A stretch of DNA of 64,000 nucleotides, taken from Antedon mediterranea (Eukaryota; Animalia; Echinodermata). Where the stretch lies: NCBI RefSeq assembly GCF_964355755.1, contig NC_092678.1, positions 6,030,422 to 6,094,421 of the forward strand, in the 5' to 3' direction. The number at the start of each line of letters is the position of its first letter. Position 1 is the first letter of the stretch. Of this stretch, positions 12,786 to 26,799 are shown in pieces. The position numbers and the translations under genes were made by a program. The notes under the pieces were generated by a model. That model did no database searches. It was given only the letters and a program-made list of their open reading frames with translations, and was not told the DNA's origin.

Positions 12786-15700
12786 CTGAAAGATCAAATT
12801 ATTATTTACATAAATATTTAATATTTAATAAGGTTAATTGAATACTATAAAACTTTGCAATAAACTTTTATTAGGGTAATTTTTAACCAGATATAAATGA
12901 TGACGTTTTCACCGAGCAATCAACTCTAGGCTAGCCATACTTGAGTTCCTACCACCAATAACTCATTAAACAACACATTAAGCTCTACAGACCATTTTAT
13001 ATAAATTATAACAATTTTTGTTATAATTTTCAAATTAAACATAATGTATGACAGGAACATTAGTTGAGTTGAGGTAATTTCCCGATTGATCGTAATCAAA
13101 ACGGTACTGGGTATGGTCTACTAGTTTTTCTGCTCCCAACAAGTACATCCATTCATAGAAGCTTTGATGAAGTAAGCCTACCTGGTGGTGGCCATAGAAC
13201 GGTCCCGAGATAACGACTATACTTCGGCTTTAGTCGATAGAAGATTGAATAAATTGTTAGAGATAGAGTATACGATGTTATGATTATTTGTATATATGTG
13301 ATTTGTTCTTTTTATTCAAATGATGTTATGTATTTAATAAATTTGTTATATCAATTAATAAAATTATCGTAGATTGCATATTATGCGATAAATATTATTT
13401 AATAAATTGTTGATATATTATTATTATTATATTAATAAAAAGATATTTGTTAGTATAAATTAAAAATATAGATATAAGGAAGAAAAGCAAAGAGATTATG
13501 GAGCGGCTGTACCAGAACATACAACATTAAGTATTGTAAAGTTAATATATAAAACATTTAGGCGATCTTGTCAAAGGTCAAGCGCCTTCAGCCTGCCACG
13601 TTTCGATATTCAATATTATTGAACTTGACCTTTTAATTTCTATTTTAAAAGTAAATCATGATATCAGTTTATTAGGTGTCTTTTGATTTATCATCATCTT
13701 AAAGCTGTCTACATTATCAAATTAATTTGACAAAAAAAGTGTGATATGGCCAAAAATGGTAGTGATATGACATCACCACTGTCCATATATATGGCTTAAT
13801 TCATTGTGCGCATGATGCGACGGTGGTTTCAATGACAATATGTATGTCTGAGGCAGACAATTTTTCCAATATGCCTTATATCCAATTTTGAACTTTATCC
13901 TTGCTTGTCTTGCATATAATAACCAAAGTTTATTTTAGTGACTAAATATCCGGTATTAAGTAGAATTTGCATTTGTACATTGTTTATTTAAATTATTCTG
14001 TAAATAGAATCTTGTAATTGCTAATGTAATTTCTTCATACCAGCAAGCCAATTATTTGGCTACCCCACTTATTACATCATTCTTGATGGAATGATGGTAC
14101 GGTATATAAAAAGATTAGCTATTGTCATATGACATGCATGTATGACTAAAAATATGATAATTATTTAGCAATAAAGTACATTAGTTACAGTAGCATACAG
14201 TAGCTGGTTAATGGTGATCTAATTTTATTATTTGTTTGTCTATTATGTTTACACTGAGGTCAAAGTTCGTATTGAGATTAAACTAGGGCTGAAAATGAAA
14301 GGCACTATTAATACAGAATATCACAAGTAAATAAGAGTTGCCGCAAATACGCCTCGCATTTTGGTGGCAATTTGTATTCAATGCGGGGATCAAGAGTGGC
14401 AACTTGGGGAAAGGTGACAATGTTTCACGTATTCAATTCAATTCAACTTTATTTCAGACAAACTGTCCATATGAAACATATAAATACAATAAAAAATAAT
14501 ACAAAGCATTATGTGACAACCGTCATGGAGAGAGGACTAATAATTATTTGTTGACATATAGTGCCTCTTAAAATACATGTGGATTATGTTTTGGGATTTA
14601 TGGGATGTAGACTGTAGACATTATTATATTATTGATTACTATAGTTTATAAAACAACACATTATTATGGCTATACTGATAGAAAAAGTAAAAGTATACAT
14701 GAGATTATATACAGAAGTTCTATCCATTTTCTATGCAACTTTGAATCTTTTATTATTATAGTACAAATTCATCAACAATTCGCGAAATACACAAAAGTAA
14801 AATTTAAATTTAAACGCAAATGTGATGACGTGTAGAATATACTCATACTGCAATTTTGTATGGTTTTACACGTTTATAGTAACTCTATAAAAAACACAGG
14901 GACACTTTTGTTTATGTTCTATTCACAACTCGCCAATTTTCAGTGGCGTCAACAAGTTCACCATTTCCCTCAATTATGATATCGATAACTACTGTATACT
15001 ACAGTATAGCATTTTCACTCAAGGTCACACATCTTAAACGGGGGTGACAGTGACGCTATAACTATGTTTGAAGTGTCACATATAAATATCTTATAATCTC
15101 GGAAATAACAATTCTTAAAATGTCAATTAGGAAAGTCGATTACGATTTAAGAATATAGATTAAGAGTTAGTATAGATTTAGAATATAGATTGTCAGATTT
15201 GAGTGCCATATATAATTTAGTAGACATATAGTGGAAATCGGAAATTCTTACACTTCAAAATAGATAAATCTTATGATATTACAAGAACTCAAAGATAGTC
15301 CTCAATATTATGTATGACAGTGCAAGTATTACTGTAGTTCTTGCATAGTAAATTACTAGCTGTTAAAGATGCTCAACATTGAAGTATCATCATAGGCAAA
15401 TTCTGTAATACAGTGTAACATATATCACATGTGATGCCTCTATCATAGGAAAAAAGCCTAAAAACTGTACTGTAGGCATCACATGTGTATACATGTTACA
15501 CTGTATTACAGAATTTGCTAGGATAAACTACATAATACACTCTTGATGTACCTTCTTTTACAAAGCGTGTCACTGTTTCAAAAGAAAACCTTCCAAATTA
15601 ATCATTAATATATGTAGTCTGCACGATCGCAATAATCCTTTAAAAAATATTATAACGGATAATAAAAATCCTTTGAAACAAGTCAATTTCCTTCACGGCT

Positions 15701-17935
15701 ATTATATCACAATGATATTGGATTTCGTTAATTAGACAATCCATGCGTTTAGCTACAGCTGGGCGCCATTTGCTAGCTAACCGATAAACTAAGTATACCA
15801 TACACACACAGAAATCAGTTACACGAAATTCAACATGATCATTATTATGTTTAAATTACTTTTATTTGTATCTTAATACACTAACTGTGAAAAGCATCGC
15901 TGTTGATTACAGAAGTCAATGAACTTTTGACGTGACTGAATAGCTTGGCGACTCATATACTGGTCTTATAATGTCAGGTTCTTGGGTTCAATTCAGAGAA
16001 TGATCACATTACAATACTTTATTGTCATCATTTGTGTAATTATATGTAAAGTAATTATAAATATTATCACTGATGACATGATGTTGATTATAAAAATTGA
16101 TGAGTTTTCTATTTTGGTGACGATGCAGCTTGGCAACTCGTATACAGACTCGTTAAATTTACGGGGGATCAAATTCGTGCATGATTAATTATGCTTGCAT
16201 TATGTTTACTTCATTATACTGATAGTATCTTTTGTGTCCACACAATTAATTCATTACTACTAAATAATAATAAGTTGATTGATGTAGTATGGACTTGCTA
16301 AAACAATGTACAACTTGCCCACATCCAAAGCGGTACAGTACTTTAATATTCTAAATCGATTTCAAATACGTAACTATTAGTCAGTAGTTTTACAAGTAAG
16401 GAATAGTAGTTTTACAAGTATTAATTAGTATTAATTTTTAAAAAAATACATTTTTATAATATTTCAGGTGGAAATTTAACCACATCCAAATATTTAGTAA
16501 GGGTTCAAACATACAAATGGACCAGACATAATACAATTACAATTTGATCTCAAATAAAAACAGACAAGTTTTAGCAAATCATTCAAATTTTGATTCTATA
16601 AAGCTAATTGTGGTTTATAGAATAAGTTTTCAGAGATATTGGTTAAATCTCATAAATGATACTAATTAGTTTTAGTAGTGAGTTTTTGTTTTTTCTATAC
16701 TAAAATGTTCAAAGTTTATCCAAAACTATATTAATAATATATTTGTACAGTATAATACATACATACTCAGCCATATTAATTTTTTATTATAAAAGTTTTA
16801 TTTCATTAATTTCAGTAATGGATTAAATTCAGCTACAGTACATGACTTGTATATAAATAATTAAAACACAATAATTTAATTGACAGTCAAACTATAATTT
16901 CAAATCAAATAAATATTAATTTATATTTTGTTATAAATAGGAAACACATAATGTGATGATTTTACAAATCATATCGTTGATTCTGATGGATTTTGACAGA
17001 TTATGTCTTCAAATTCTAAAAGGGTCATACGGATGACCTCAATGTAATTATCATAACGGATTACGAAACACACAATACTGTTTAGTTTGCGAGTTGTTAT
17101 TTCCTTTGATTTAAATCTGTATTTACTTATTTTATCACTCAAACACATGGGATTTATTGCTCGAGTCTTTAAGATGAGTTATATATACAGATTAAGACGA
17201 AATTACTATCTGGGGAGAGCGGCTTTACTACAACAATAGAAGGATATTTATAGAGGTTATATGAAGGAGGTTAAATATACTATGCACATTAAAATTTGAC
17301 TAAATTCTTCACAGAAATATAATTATCATAATGAGCAGATAGAAGTGAATAATTAACTAAGAATTATAAAAAGTTTATTATTTGGTACAGCGCTATCCCC
17401 GGTTGTTGAATGTTTGAAGGCCTAACTACTGTATGCCAATTGGACTACTGCAAAGTTTCAATGCCTCAAAAGATAATAGTGAGGTATAATGGACTATACC
17501 ACTGTCTTGAAGGGGTGTTCAAAGTTATTTTATTTTAGAGGGAAAAGGGCCTATGTTGATTTATCCAGGTATGCTAGACCTACCTGTAAAATAAACTACA
17601 AAATTGTATAACCAAAAGATAGGAACCTAGTCAAATTTAGGAAACTTAATTTTGCCTAAAAGAGTGGGATTATTTATTGTGTAAGGGCGTGTGGCGCAGT
17701 GTGTTGGACGTTCGACTATCGATCTCTAGATCGATTCCAACTCGTCGCATTGCTTGTATCAAGATACTTATGTTTGCCTCTCTCCACCCAGGTGTATAAA
17801 TGGAAACCTGGTTATATCAAGACAAAACTTTGCGCGGATTACTAGCTGCATTATGTTTGATCCAAAAAATATGATGGGGGTAATAATGCTCAGCGCTTAG
17901 AGGTCTCACAACATTAGGTGCTATATTAATATAGG

Positions 17936-17995
<60 letters not shown>

Positions 17996-20900
17996 ATTAT
18001 TATTATTATTTCTAGAATGTGATTGTACTGTACTAGGTCAAAAATCAAAGGTGTCCCCTTAATAGAGGTTTTACTATACAGTATCATATTTTTTCATTAT
18101 TAATTATTCTTGTACTATATTCATTATTTGAAAGAAGTACCAGGAAATTAAAGCACAGATGTAGTAATTTATTTTAAACAGAATGTTCCCTTAGGTAACC
18201 AATTGTATATTACATAGTATTTTGTCCCAATTAATATAAATATGATAAAGGCTCCGGAGACTTTAGTACACTATTAAATATAAATGTTATAATTTATTAA
18301 TATTGAAATTTTGATTATTTTCTTCTTGAAAGGAAAATTGGCAATTGAGAAAGCTTTAGTGAATCTAACTTAAGAAATATCTTAAAATAATAATATATCG
18401 CAGTCACATATCCCATAATGCAACTGGGCCGTAATTATGAATTAGTAAATGGACACATTTATGATATTATCTAGTTCAATATATTGAATATTGAAACGTG
18501 GCAGCCTATGGCCGCTTAACCTTTGTCTAAAAGATCGTCTAAAACTTGTAATTTTAAAAAACGGTACTTAGTGTTGTACTGTATTCAGGAATAGTCTTCC
18601 TTATATCCACAGTATACTCTTCATGTTCAATTATTTATACTACAAAATATCGTTATGTGATACTTACTGTATAACATAACAGTTAAATGTAAATGAATAA
18701 CCAATTTACTGCACGATAATCTAATCTATACACAAGACTATTGTTCCTATTAATTAAAATACACAATACTATAGTTAACCATTGTATCTCAGTCTTACTA
18801 TCTCTAACACAACCATCTACAAAAGCTGAAGTATAGTCATATCTTGGGACCATTGCACAGTTTAACCATACCACTACTGTATATAGGCTTTCTATGCTTC
18901 TATGAATAGATGTTCGGTTAAACGCAGGAACGTTAGTTTATCATACCCGGTACTGTTTTGATTTTACTCTCAGTCGGGAAATTACCTCGCATACTAATTG
19001 TTTTCTTATATTTTTTACAAATAATAAAAGTATTACTTATTTTTAGCATTAATCTGAATTTTGATATTTAAAAAAATGTGTGTAGTTTTTTGCTTTCTTG
19101 TAGATGCTTTAATTTTGCTGATTTTTATTTTATTTCTGTGCTCTGTTCTGGGTGGACCAACTAGCATAGGTGTTTAGCACTTGTTTAGGTTCCTTGCCTT
19201 TTATAGTTGTTTGTCTTCTTGTATATGGCAGAAAATTGAAATAAAATAAATAAATAAATAATCAACATGCTTCTATTATATATTATTTGTTTTGTTTTAT
19301 CACTCGGTGTTGAATAAATAAAATAAAAATGTACTTTACACAAAATGTGTTAATACTGTAAACGCAAAGCTGCCTGTTTCAATTATGTAATCCAAATTTA
19401 ATTTGTTTTTAACTATAATCTAGAGTATTTTATTTGGGTATAATCACGCTACAAATTTAATCAAAGGATGAAGGCAAAAAGGAGAATGATCTAGATCACT
19501 AATAGAATAATAATGACTGCCCTGGATATACTAGAGATTAATATACAAGGAGAAACTATATTATTATTACTGTGTTACACAGGGTTTTATACCATATGCT
19601 ATACCTGTATCAGAATTCCTATATGACACTAATTGCAAACAAGCTTATATTTCATAAATAACCAATGGAATTGATGCAAGTTTAATTCCACAGTGTATAG
19701 AGTACAACGTGTCATCGTAATTACTAAATATTAAAAGCATGTAATTTACTACATATTAATTATAACAGTGTTTGATTTTGTACAGGTCCGCTGGCAAATA
19801 GTCTGTAAAATCGTTGATGGGCGACTGTCAGACCAGTTCATTTTTCACAGAAATGTCATAAATAAATATCGAATACCATCTTTGTAACAACTTTGTAAAT
19901 TTTTTAAAAAATGATTATATACAGAGTGAGTTTGAGTCAGCAATTTGATATTGTTTCATAACAGATTTCATTTAGGTGGTCAAGGGGCTAGTGGTCAAGG
20001 GGCTAATGGTCAAGGGGCTAATGGTCAAGGGGCTAATGGTGAGGGGACTATTACACCACAGTAGTTGTGCACTGTTTTATTATCGTATTCATCAAGGTCA
20101 AGCTAGCTTTAACAACGAACTGTAACATTCAAAGTTTTTTCTGCAGCATCATACTATTGAATCATATTATTGTATAATAATAATACTATAATAATATCCT
20201 GGATTATATAGTGCCTAATGTTGTGAAACCTCAATGCGCTGAGCATTATTACCCCAAACATACTACCACAATGCAGCTAGTAATCGGCGCAAAGTTGTGT
20301 CTTGATCTAACAGGGTTCCCATTTATAAACCTGGGTGGAGAGAGGCACAAGTAAAGTATCTTGCCTAAGGATACAAGCAATGCGGCAAGAGTTGGATTCG
20401 AACCTCGGTCTCATGATCAGTAGTCGAACATCCAACATACTGCGCCACGCGCCCTTACGTATGCAGTAGTATCATATCATTATATTACTTGTAACTTAAT
20501 AATAAACAACATCTCGGCTAGTTTGCAATCATAAAGCTCTGTCTACACTATCAAATTTTATGTGACAAAAAATATGCCCATGGACATGATGATGTCGTAT
20601 CACTACCATATTTGGGCATATCACCACCATATTTGGGCACACACATTTTTTTTGTCAAACTAGTGTAGACAGGGCTTAAAACAGTTCTTCATTATTAATT
20701 TACAATAAATACTATATAATAATAATACATTGATTATGACATTAATTATTCAAACACATGACATATTTCAGTGAATATCATTATAAATTCATTATTATAT
20801 TTTATAATATTTGATTTATGAAACTTTAAATATTTTCTTTGCTAAAAATTAATATTGACAGGATTCTTGGTAAACAAAACATATTTTATTATAAAGAGCT

Positions 20901-23900
20901 AATTGAATTGAATATACTGTATGTGATAACACATTAATGCGCTATTTTAAGCCATCTCACGTGCGAGTTTCAAGAGTATTACTGTATAAATCACTTAAAC
21001 AATTTCAATCAAAAGGTTAAAGGTCACAAATAAGGTTAAAGTTCACATATAAATGCCTCCCATCTAAAAATAAACACAGAAAACATAATACTACAAATAA
21101 CAAATAATTTTGATAACAAAACAGATAATAAATTATAAGTAGATCTCTATAATAAATTAAGGGGACATCTTCTGGAACCAACAAAGTGTCCTTTTTAATA
21201 TACAGTAGTAGTATCCTGGTTTGTTTCACAGGAAGTGTCCCCTTAATAGAGGTTCCCCTAATAGGGGTGTCCCTCCAATGAAAAGCTCCTAATATGATTT
21301 TGATAAACAAATATTTTTAGTTTTTTATGATGGACCAACACTATTATTTCATGATTTTGTTTTCAATAAAATTATTATTATTGACAATAGTGAGTACATT
21401 TCACCTGCTCTGTGATGTATAAATAGTTTCTTTGTATTCATAATTCATACTGTACTTAACACTTTTTGCTATCTTTGTTTTGACAGATAAAAAACTGGAG
21501 AAAAAATGTATGCCATATAATATTGTACCCATTACAATAACCAGAAGTAATCTGGTTATAGCTATACATGACAGTACCATAGTTAAGATTGGTGTCAGCC
21601 TGATCATTTTTTGATAGGACACATCTGTTCATATTGAACTTTTAATTTTTATATATCAGACTTTTAATTTCTCCTTAATTAATTAATTTCTTCTATACAC
21701 ATCCAACATCTAAACATCCATAAATTAGTTACTAGATAAATAATCATAGAGTATGACATCAAATGAATATTCCCCAAAGGATTCTAATATTTACTGATTA
21801 GTAAATTGTTTGGAGGGGAATGCCTCTTAACAGTTACCAATGAACCAAGATTTATTTAACTGGTGAATGGATACATCATATAATATTAACAGTCAAAATA
21901 AGTATAAAAAAGTAGTTCATCATTTTACAGTAACTGTCAAAAGGGGAAGGCGCACCTTGTTACATACAGTAATACCCTCTTAAAACTGTACCACTCATGT
22001 GGCCACTTCCCTGAAAAATGTTGTTGAACAATACTCATGTCGTGTCTTGCTTGTCAGTAAAGAAATCGTCCTACAATTTTTTTCTGAATAATTTCTTTTT
22101 TATCAATTTCTACTTTTCAATTGACTACCCGATTTAGTGTTTAATTATGATAATAAAAGGCGCTAATGTACGATAGCACCGTGAATAACTAATGATATAC
22201 AAAATATATGACCAGAAATGCCCTCTGGCAATAGAAGACGAGAATGACTAATTCCTCTTCTTTCCGATTCAGAAATGCAAAAAGTACAACAATCAATCAA
22301 TAACTATCAGAAAAGAAATAGACGCAAAGGTTACACTGGGGACTCGCAAACGAACCGTAATAAAGATTATTCACAGATGCTTGCGAAGAAATGAAGAAAC
22401 GACAGCGCGGTGCCAACCCGACTTATATTTATCAATTTACTACGCAAACTGAGCCTTAATAGCGAGTCATTATTAGACAGTTTGTAACCGTGAGTAGTCA
22501 ATATCTATATCAGATAATTGGAAAAGGTTTGCTAACATGTCTAGATACATTTCAGTTTAAGTATTTTAAACATCCATGGATTACATGGCGAAGTATAGAA
22601 ATCATACTAATAATTAATCTACAGTTTACAGTATAAAGAAAAGAGACTCCAAAAGAGACCACAAACATTGCAGATGGATGATTTATATATTTTTATAAGC
22701 AATTTTGAATATTAAAACTAATTAAAACTCTATATTTGTATATTGAAAAATGAAGAAATCTTTAAAATAGCCATTTATTCTACAATAATTTTTAGAAACA
22801 GCTCTTATTCTTAAATCATCAAATCTTTAGTGGTCATAAAATGGATATTTATTTGTCTAAGTGTCTATAGAGAAAAAATTGATAGCAAAAATAAAGTACA
22901 GTATAAATAGATTTTAGTTTTATATTGTACAATAAAGCATACAATAATAATAGCTCAAATTTGAGAGAACGACGACACAAAAATAAATTTCACTGGATCA
23001 TTCCATTGTGATAATGGACTAGTCCACCATCCACGCCACCACACGGGGCATTCTCCAGCACATGTATCACACCATTTACTTTATACAAATGCTGTGTATG
23101 TTACAAGCTACTGTCTGTCTAAATTGGATGGTGGAAAAAGTTTAAATAATAATTTAAAATAAAACTAAATTTGTTTTGTTATCATTCACATGGCAATTCA
23201 GTACGTTCAAATTTTCTTCGTTAAAGAATTGAAGAGAAAAGCTTTTCTCTGAGTTTTTTTTTTGTGATTTCATCTTACACATAGCGTGATAAGATTAACA
23301 ATGATTTATAATAGCTTTTTTTAAATCTTTTCCTGCAATGCTTTAACCATTATCTGTTCAGATCTCTGATTTATATCACTATGCAATGCACACAATGACA
23401 GACTGTTCTTTACAAAAAATAGCATTCATTCCAACTATAAATTTGACTATAGATCTATAAAATACAGTAGATATATATTTTAAGTATTATTTACTCAAGA
23501 TTATTTAATAATTCTTTCATTTTATAAATAGGTAATATATGTTTATTGAATGTCAATAAAGATATTGAGATAATATACTTACTTTTTATCTAAGGTACAC
23601 CAGCCACAGTATGGGTCTCCATCTTCCTCTAAGTTCGTTCCGATGCACTCATCACACGTCGTATACTGAGCACAGTTTTCAAGACGAACTCTAAATAACT
23701 CTTTCTCAGTTAGGACAAGTAGTGTCTCGTTGTTGACCATCATGTCTGACCGTACAGGACTTCTTTTGGCCAGCTCTATATCTTCATAGATACGAGCCGA
23801 TGTGTTACTGGTAAGATGCGTCTATAGATCAGTAGTATTACATAGCATTAGAAATATATTGTATAAGAACAGAATAACATATCCAATATTGTAAAAAAAA

Positions 23901-25992
23901 GATATAGCCTGGAAATTTTATATTGATCTCTCAGGCAAGCTTGAGGGCAGGAAAGCTAACTTGAAGGGTAGCAAGGCCAACTTGAAGGGCAGCAAGGCCA
24001 ACTTGAGGGGCAGCAAGGCCAATTTGAGGGACAGCAATGTCAATTTGAGGGACAGCAAGGCCAATTTGAGAACAGCAAGGCCAACTTGAGGGGCAGCAAG
24101 GCCAACTTGAGGAGCAGAAAGGCCAACTTGAGGGACAGAAAGTCCAACTTGAGCAACAGCAAGGCCAACTTGAGGGGCAGCAAGGCAAACTTTAGATAAC
24201 AACTAAACATGGAATTATTTTTAAAGGCACAAGGGTGAAGACCATGTTATTCAAACACTGTATACGCACCTTAAGTAAACGTCCATTTTCTGTACCAAGG
24301 AAAGCTATAGTATGACCTCTTTCAATATTGATTGTGATTGCTTTAAGTTTGTCATTTTTTAGTGCCAACACAGCATCAGCAGTAGTTGGATGATTCACAG
24401 ATCCTTGAGATGTTGAAATTGCATCAGTGTTTCTACACTTATAATTCTCTATATTCACATTACTTGCTGGGTTGTCCTGAAATAATTGTCCAATCAGTCA
24501 ATGTAAAACTATATAGCGTTATATTATAAATAAAGTATACCACAATTTATATACACTACACAATGCATAGGCTGGCGTAAGCCTGTGTACTCAGGTACAC
24601 CACTGGCCCATTGGAATACCACCAAGCACACCAGATTAAAAGGTCATAAGGCATTCATTGGCACGTCAACATGAATATCCACTACATCAAAATGTTCATA
24701 TCTGTGGATGAGTACCAGTGCAAAAGCTGTGCACGTTCACTACTAATTACAGGTGGGCATATTATGATGTGTAACTGTTATGATTTTAACATTTTCATTA
24801 ATTGTAAAATACTACTTTCTTTCTTTATTATGTAATTTGAATAAATACAGTATACCGGAATATTACAGAAAAATTTAGACAAAACCAAATTGTGCGTCAT
24901 TTTCATTAACTTACTACTAGTGAAGTGTTCATATTTATTGTTAAAAATATTACTTACAGTGGCAGAACATTGTGTTCTTGGCGCACCATACGTCAATACA
25001 TATTCTTCAGCATTTGCTTTAGAAAATAAACACCCAAATATGGCACCATCAAAGGCTTTTTCAATATCTTTCAACGTATATATACACAGAGCTGATTCCG
25101 CATCAGTAGCACTACGTGTAAACACACCATATAATAGCATATCTTCTTTATTCACGCCAAATGCGGTAGATAAATCAGAACCAGCCGGGCCAAAATAAAC
25201 AGCTTGGATATTTTGATATTTGGTCGTGCCGTTGACACATTGCAGATAAATATCGGAAAGATGATCTAAACTATCGCCATCGCAAATACGACTAATCCTA
25301 GGTACTTTTCCCTTGATATTATTGTCAAAATCATATATATTCGCAACAAAATATCGAAATCTTTTGTAGCTAAACCCACCAACATAGTTCACAAGATCAT
25401 CTCTTTTGTAAACGTCTTTTACGCGAAATGTATTTTCATTGGAATCATAGACTTTAAAACTAATTGTTGACCTTATAGATATAGTGTAGAAAGAAGATAC
25501 GGATGCTGCAATATATAAATATGTCATGTCATCTTTGGTTGCAAGGTATCCAATGGAAGAATCATGACCACGACTAACAATGTCTTTGGCAGACTCTTCA
25601 GGCGTCAAATCATCAATCAATCGGGATTCGCATTGTGATTGGACATCCTCATTTTCGTCACTTCCGCACGTTATCAACCGCTCGTTTTCCTCATCAACCA
25701 CTAAAATCTTATTAATGATGGCGCACTTGTCCTCCGAACATGTCTTATTAGACCGCTCTATTACATCTAATGAGTCTGATAAACGGTAGATATATCGCTG
25801 GCTACTTATGTAAACTTCTCCGTTACTTCTCACAGCCAAGTGAAAGAAGGTCTCATCAGAGCTGCTGTCAGCTGCGAAATTAGAATAGACATCTAGTGAT
25901 TCGCTCCGGACGTTATCTGCCAGAAATGAAAGACTGTAAAGTATAGAAAGCTGAACCAATATACATCTGACTGCCATCCCACTTGAAGCCAT
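11599..25992 (-). CDS. Gene C: plexin-like gene with divergent Sema head + PSI1 + IPT exons; 3' end not found in the window
   Basis: Exons 24958-25992 (345 codons, MASSGMAVRCILVQLSILYSLSFLA signal peptide), 24270-24476, 23583-23821 ([21 protein letters not shown]), then phase-compatible 12671-12785, 12072-12228, 11599-11695. The join across the 10.8-kb gap is inferred from phase only. Confidence 0.7.
12380..12520. repeat. Degenerate minisatellite, ~21-bp unit
   Basis: (gcaagtgcaattccgttatat)-like units. Confidence 0.7.
13068..13632 (+). repeat. Unclassified interspersed repeat (copies 43951-44340 +, 49858-50257 +, 18474-18990 -)
   Basis: Shared gaggtaatttcccgattgatc.taatcaaaacggtactggg ... 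ataaggaagaaaagcaaagagattatggagcggctgtacc ... ctgccacgtttcgatattcaatatt. Confidence 0.8.
15396..15519. repeat. Inverted repeat / small MITE
   Basis: gcaaattctgtaatacagtgtaaca...cacatgtgatgcct / aggcatcacatgtg...tgttacactgtattacagaatttgc. Confidence 0.7.
17684..18010 (+). mobile_element. tRNA-derived CORE-like SINE with (ATT)n tail
   Basis: A-box-like gtggcgcagtg, core tgcctctctccacccaggtgtataaatgg, long (att)n at 17936-18010; second copy inverted at 20195-20457. Confidence 0.75.
19976..20050. repeat. Minisatellite, 15-bp unit
   Basis: (tggtcaaggggctaa) x5. Confidence 0.9.
20195..20457 (-). mobile_element. tRNA-derived CORE-like SINE
   Basis: Reverse copy of 17684-17935 with intact A box (gtggcgcagtatg) and B box (ggttcgaatcc). 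Confidence 0.75.
20533..20678. mobile_element. Short palindromic MITE family (other copies 41505-41620, 1645-1772 plus 2030-2049, 13700-13790)
   Basis: aaagctctgtctacacta...tagtgtagacag(a/g)gctt termini; internal taccatatttgggcac repeats. Confidence 0.75.
23935..24190. repeat. Minisatellite, 21-bp unit, gene C intron 2
   Basis: (gcagcaaggccaacttgaggg)n. Confidence 0.92.
24958..25992 (-). CDS. Gene C large Sema-domain exon
   Basis: Within ORF 24778..26046; motifs INKILVVDEENERLITCGS, VPRISRICDGD, LLYGVFT, SALCIYTLKDIE; acceptor ttctag| at 25997, donor |gtaagt at 24958. Confidence 0.9.
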
Positions 25993-26705
25993 ATTACCTA
26001 GAAGAATAAATAAAGCATAAAGTCTGTGTACTGTAGATTGCCACATTTATCAACATCATCATATGAAAAAAATGAAAGACATCACCTAATATGGTTACAA
26101 TCATACAGTATTTTTCTTTGTATCTTTTTTTATTAATATTTAGGCAAATTGCCAAGGATAATCATAATAATAATTCATTCACGATCCTTCATAAAGGTGG
26201 CAATATCACAACACAAGACGCTTTACTGTACATAAACAAAGTCTTACTACAAGTCTTTGGGAGTGGAGTTGTAATTTTTCATTAGAACAAATCCTGACTT
26301 GAACCCAAGACCCTTGGATTGGTAGACGAACATCATAACCACCATGCCACAACTCCACTCTGTAGTAGAGCTCTGTAAATATACATACAGTACAGTAACA
26401 CATCAATTGCAATCAGTATGCAATTAATATACTATACCTGTATATTTTGGATGTTGAATTTTATTATCAAACCATGAAACACAAATTTACTAAGATATGA
26501 AATTTATTTCCAAATACTAAACAAAATTCCAATACTATTTATCTCATCAATAATAACACGAACACTCGTTACACATTTAAGTATAATCTTAACGTGTTAT
26601 AAAAACATTTCATGGCATAAGTCTTACATTAAAACAAAGCTACTTGCTTGCAGTGCTTTTATCCCTAATCTGTTGGATTTAGCGCTAAGCAAACAACTAT
26701 ACACA

Positions 26706-26799
26706 AACACAGCCACTGTCACACAGCCACTGTCACACAGCCACTGTCACACAGCCACTGTCACACAGCCACTGTCACACAGCCACTGTCACACAGCCA
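26706..26799. repeat. Minisatellite, 14-bp unit
   Basis: (acacagccactgtc)n. Confidence 0.92.

Noticed and set aside
22990-23120. Cys/Trp-rich stretch (KWCDTCAGECPVWWRGWW) after gene C exon 3
   Set aside because: No phase-compatible open exon and no convincing PSI spacing.
23918-24202. Leu-rich / Cys-rich ORFs
   Set aside because: Translations of a 21-bp intronic minisatellite between gene C exons 2 and 3.
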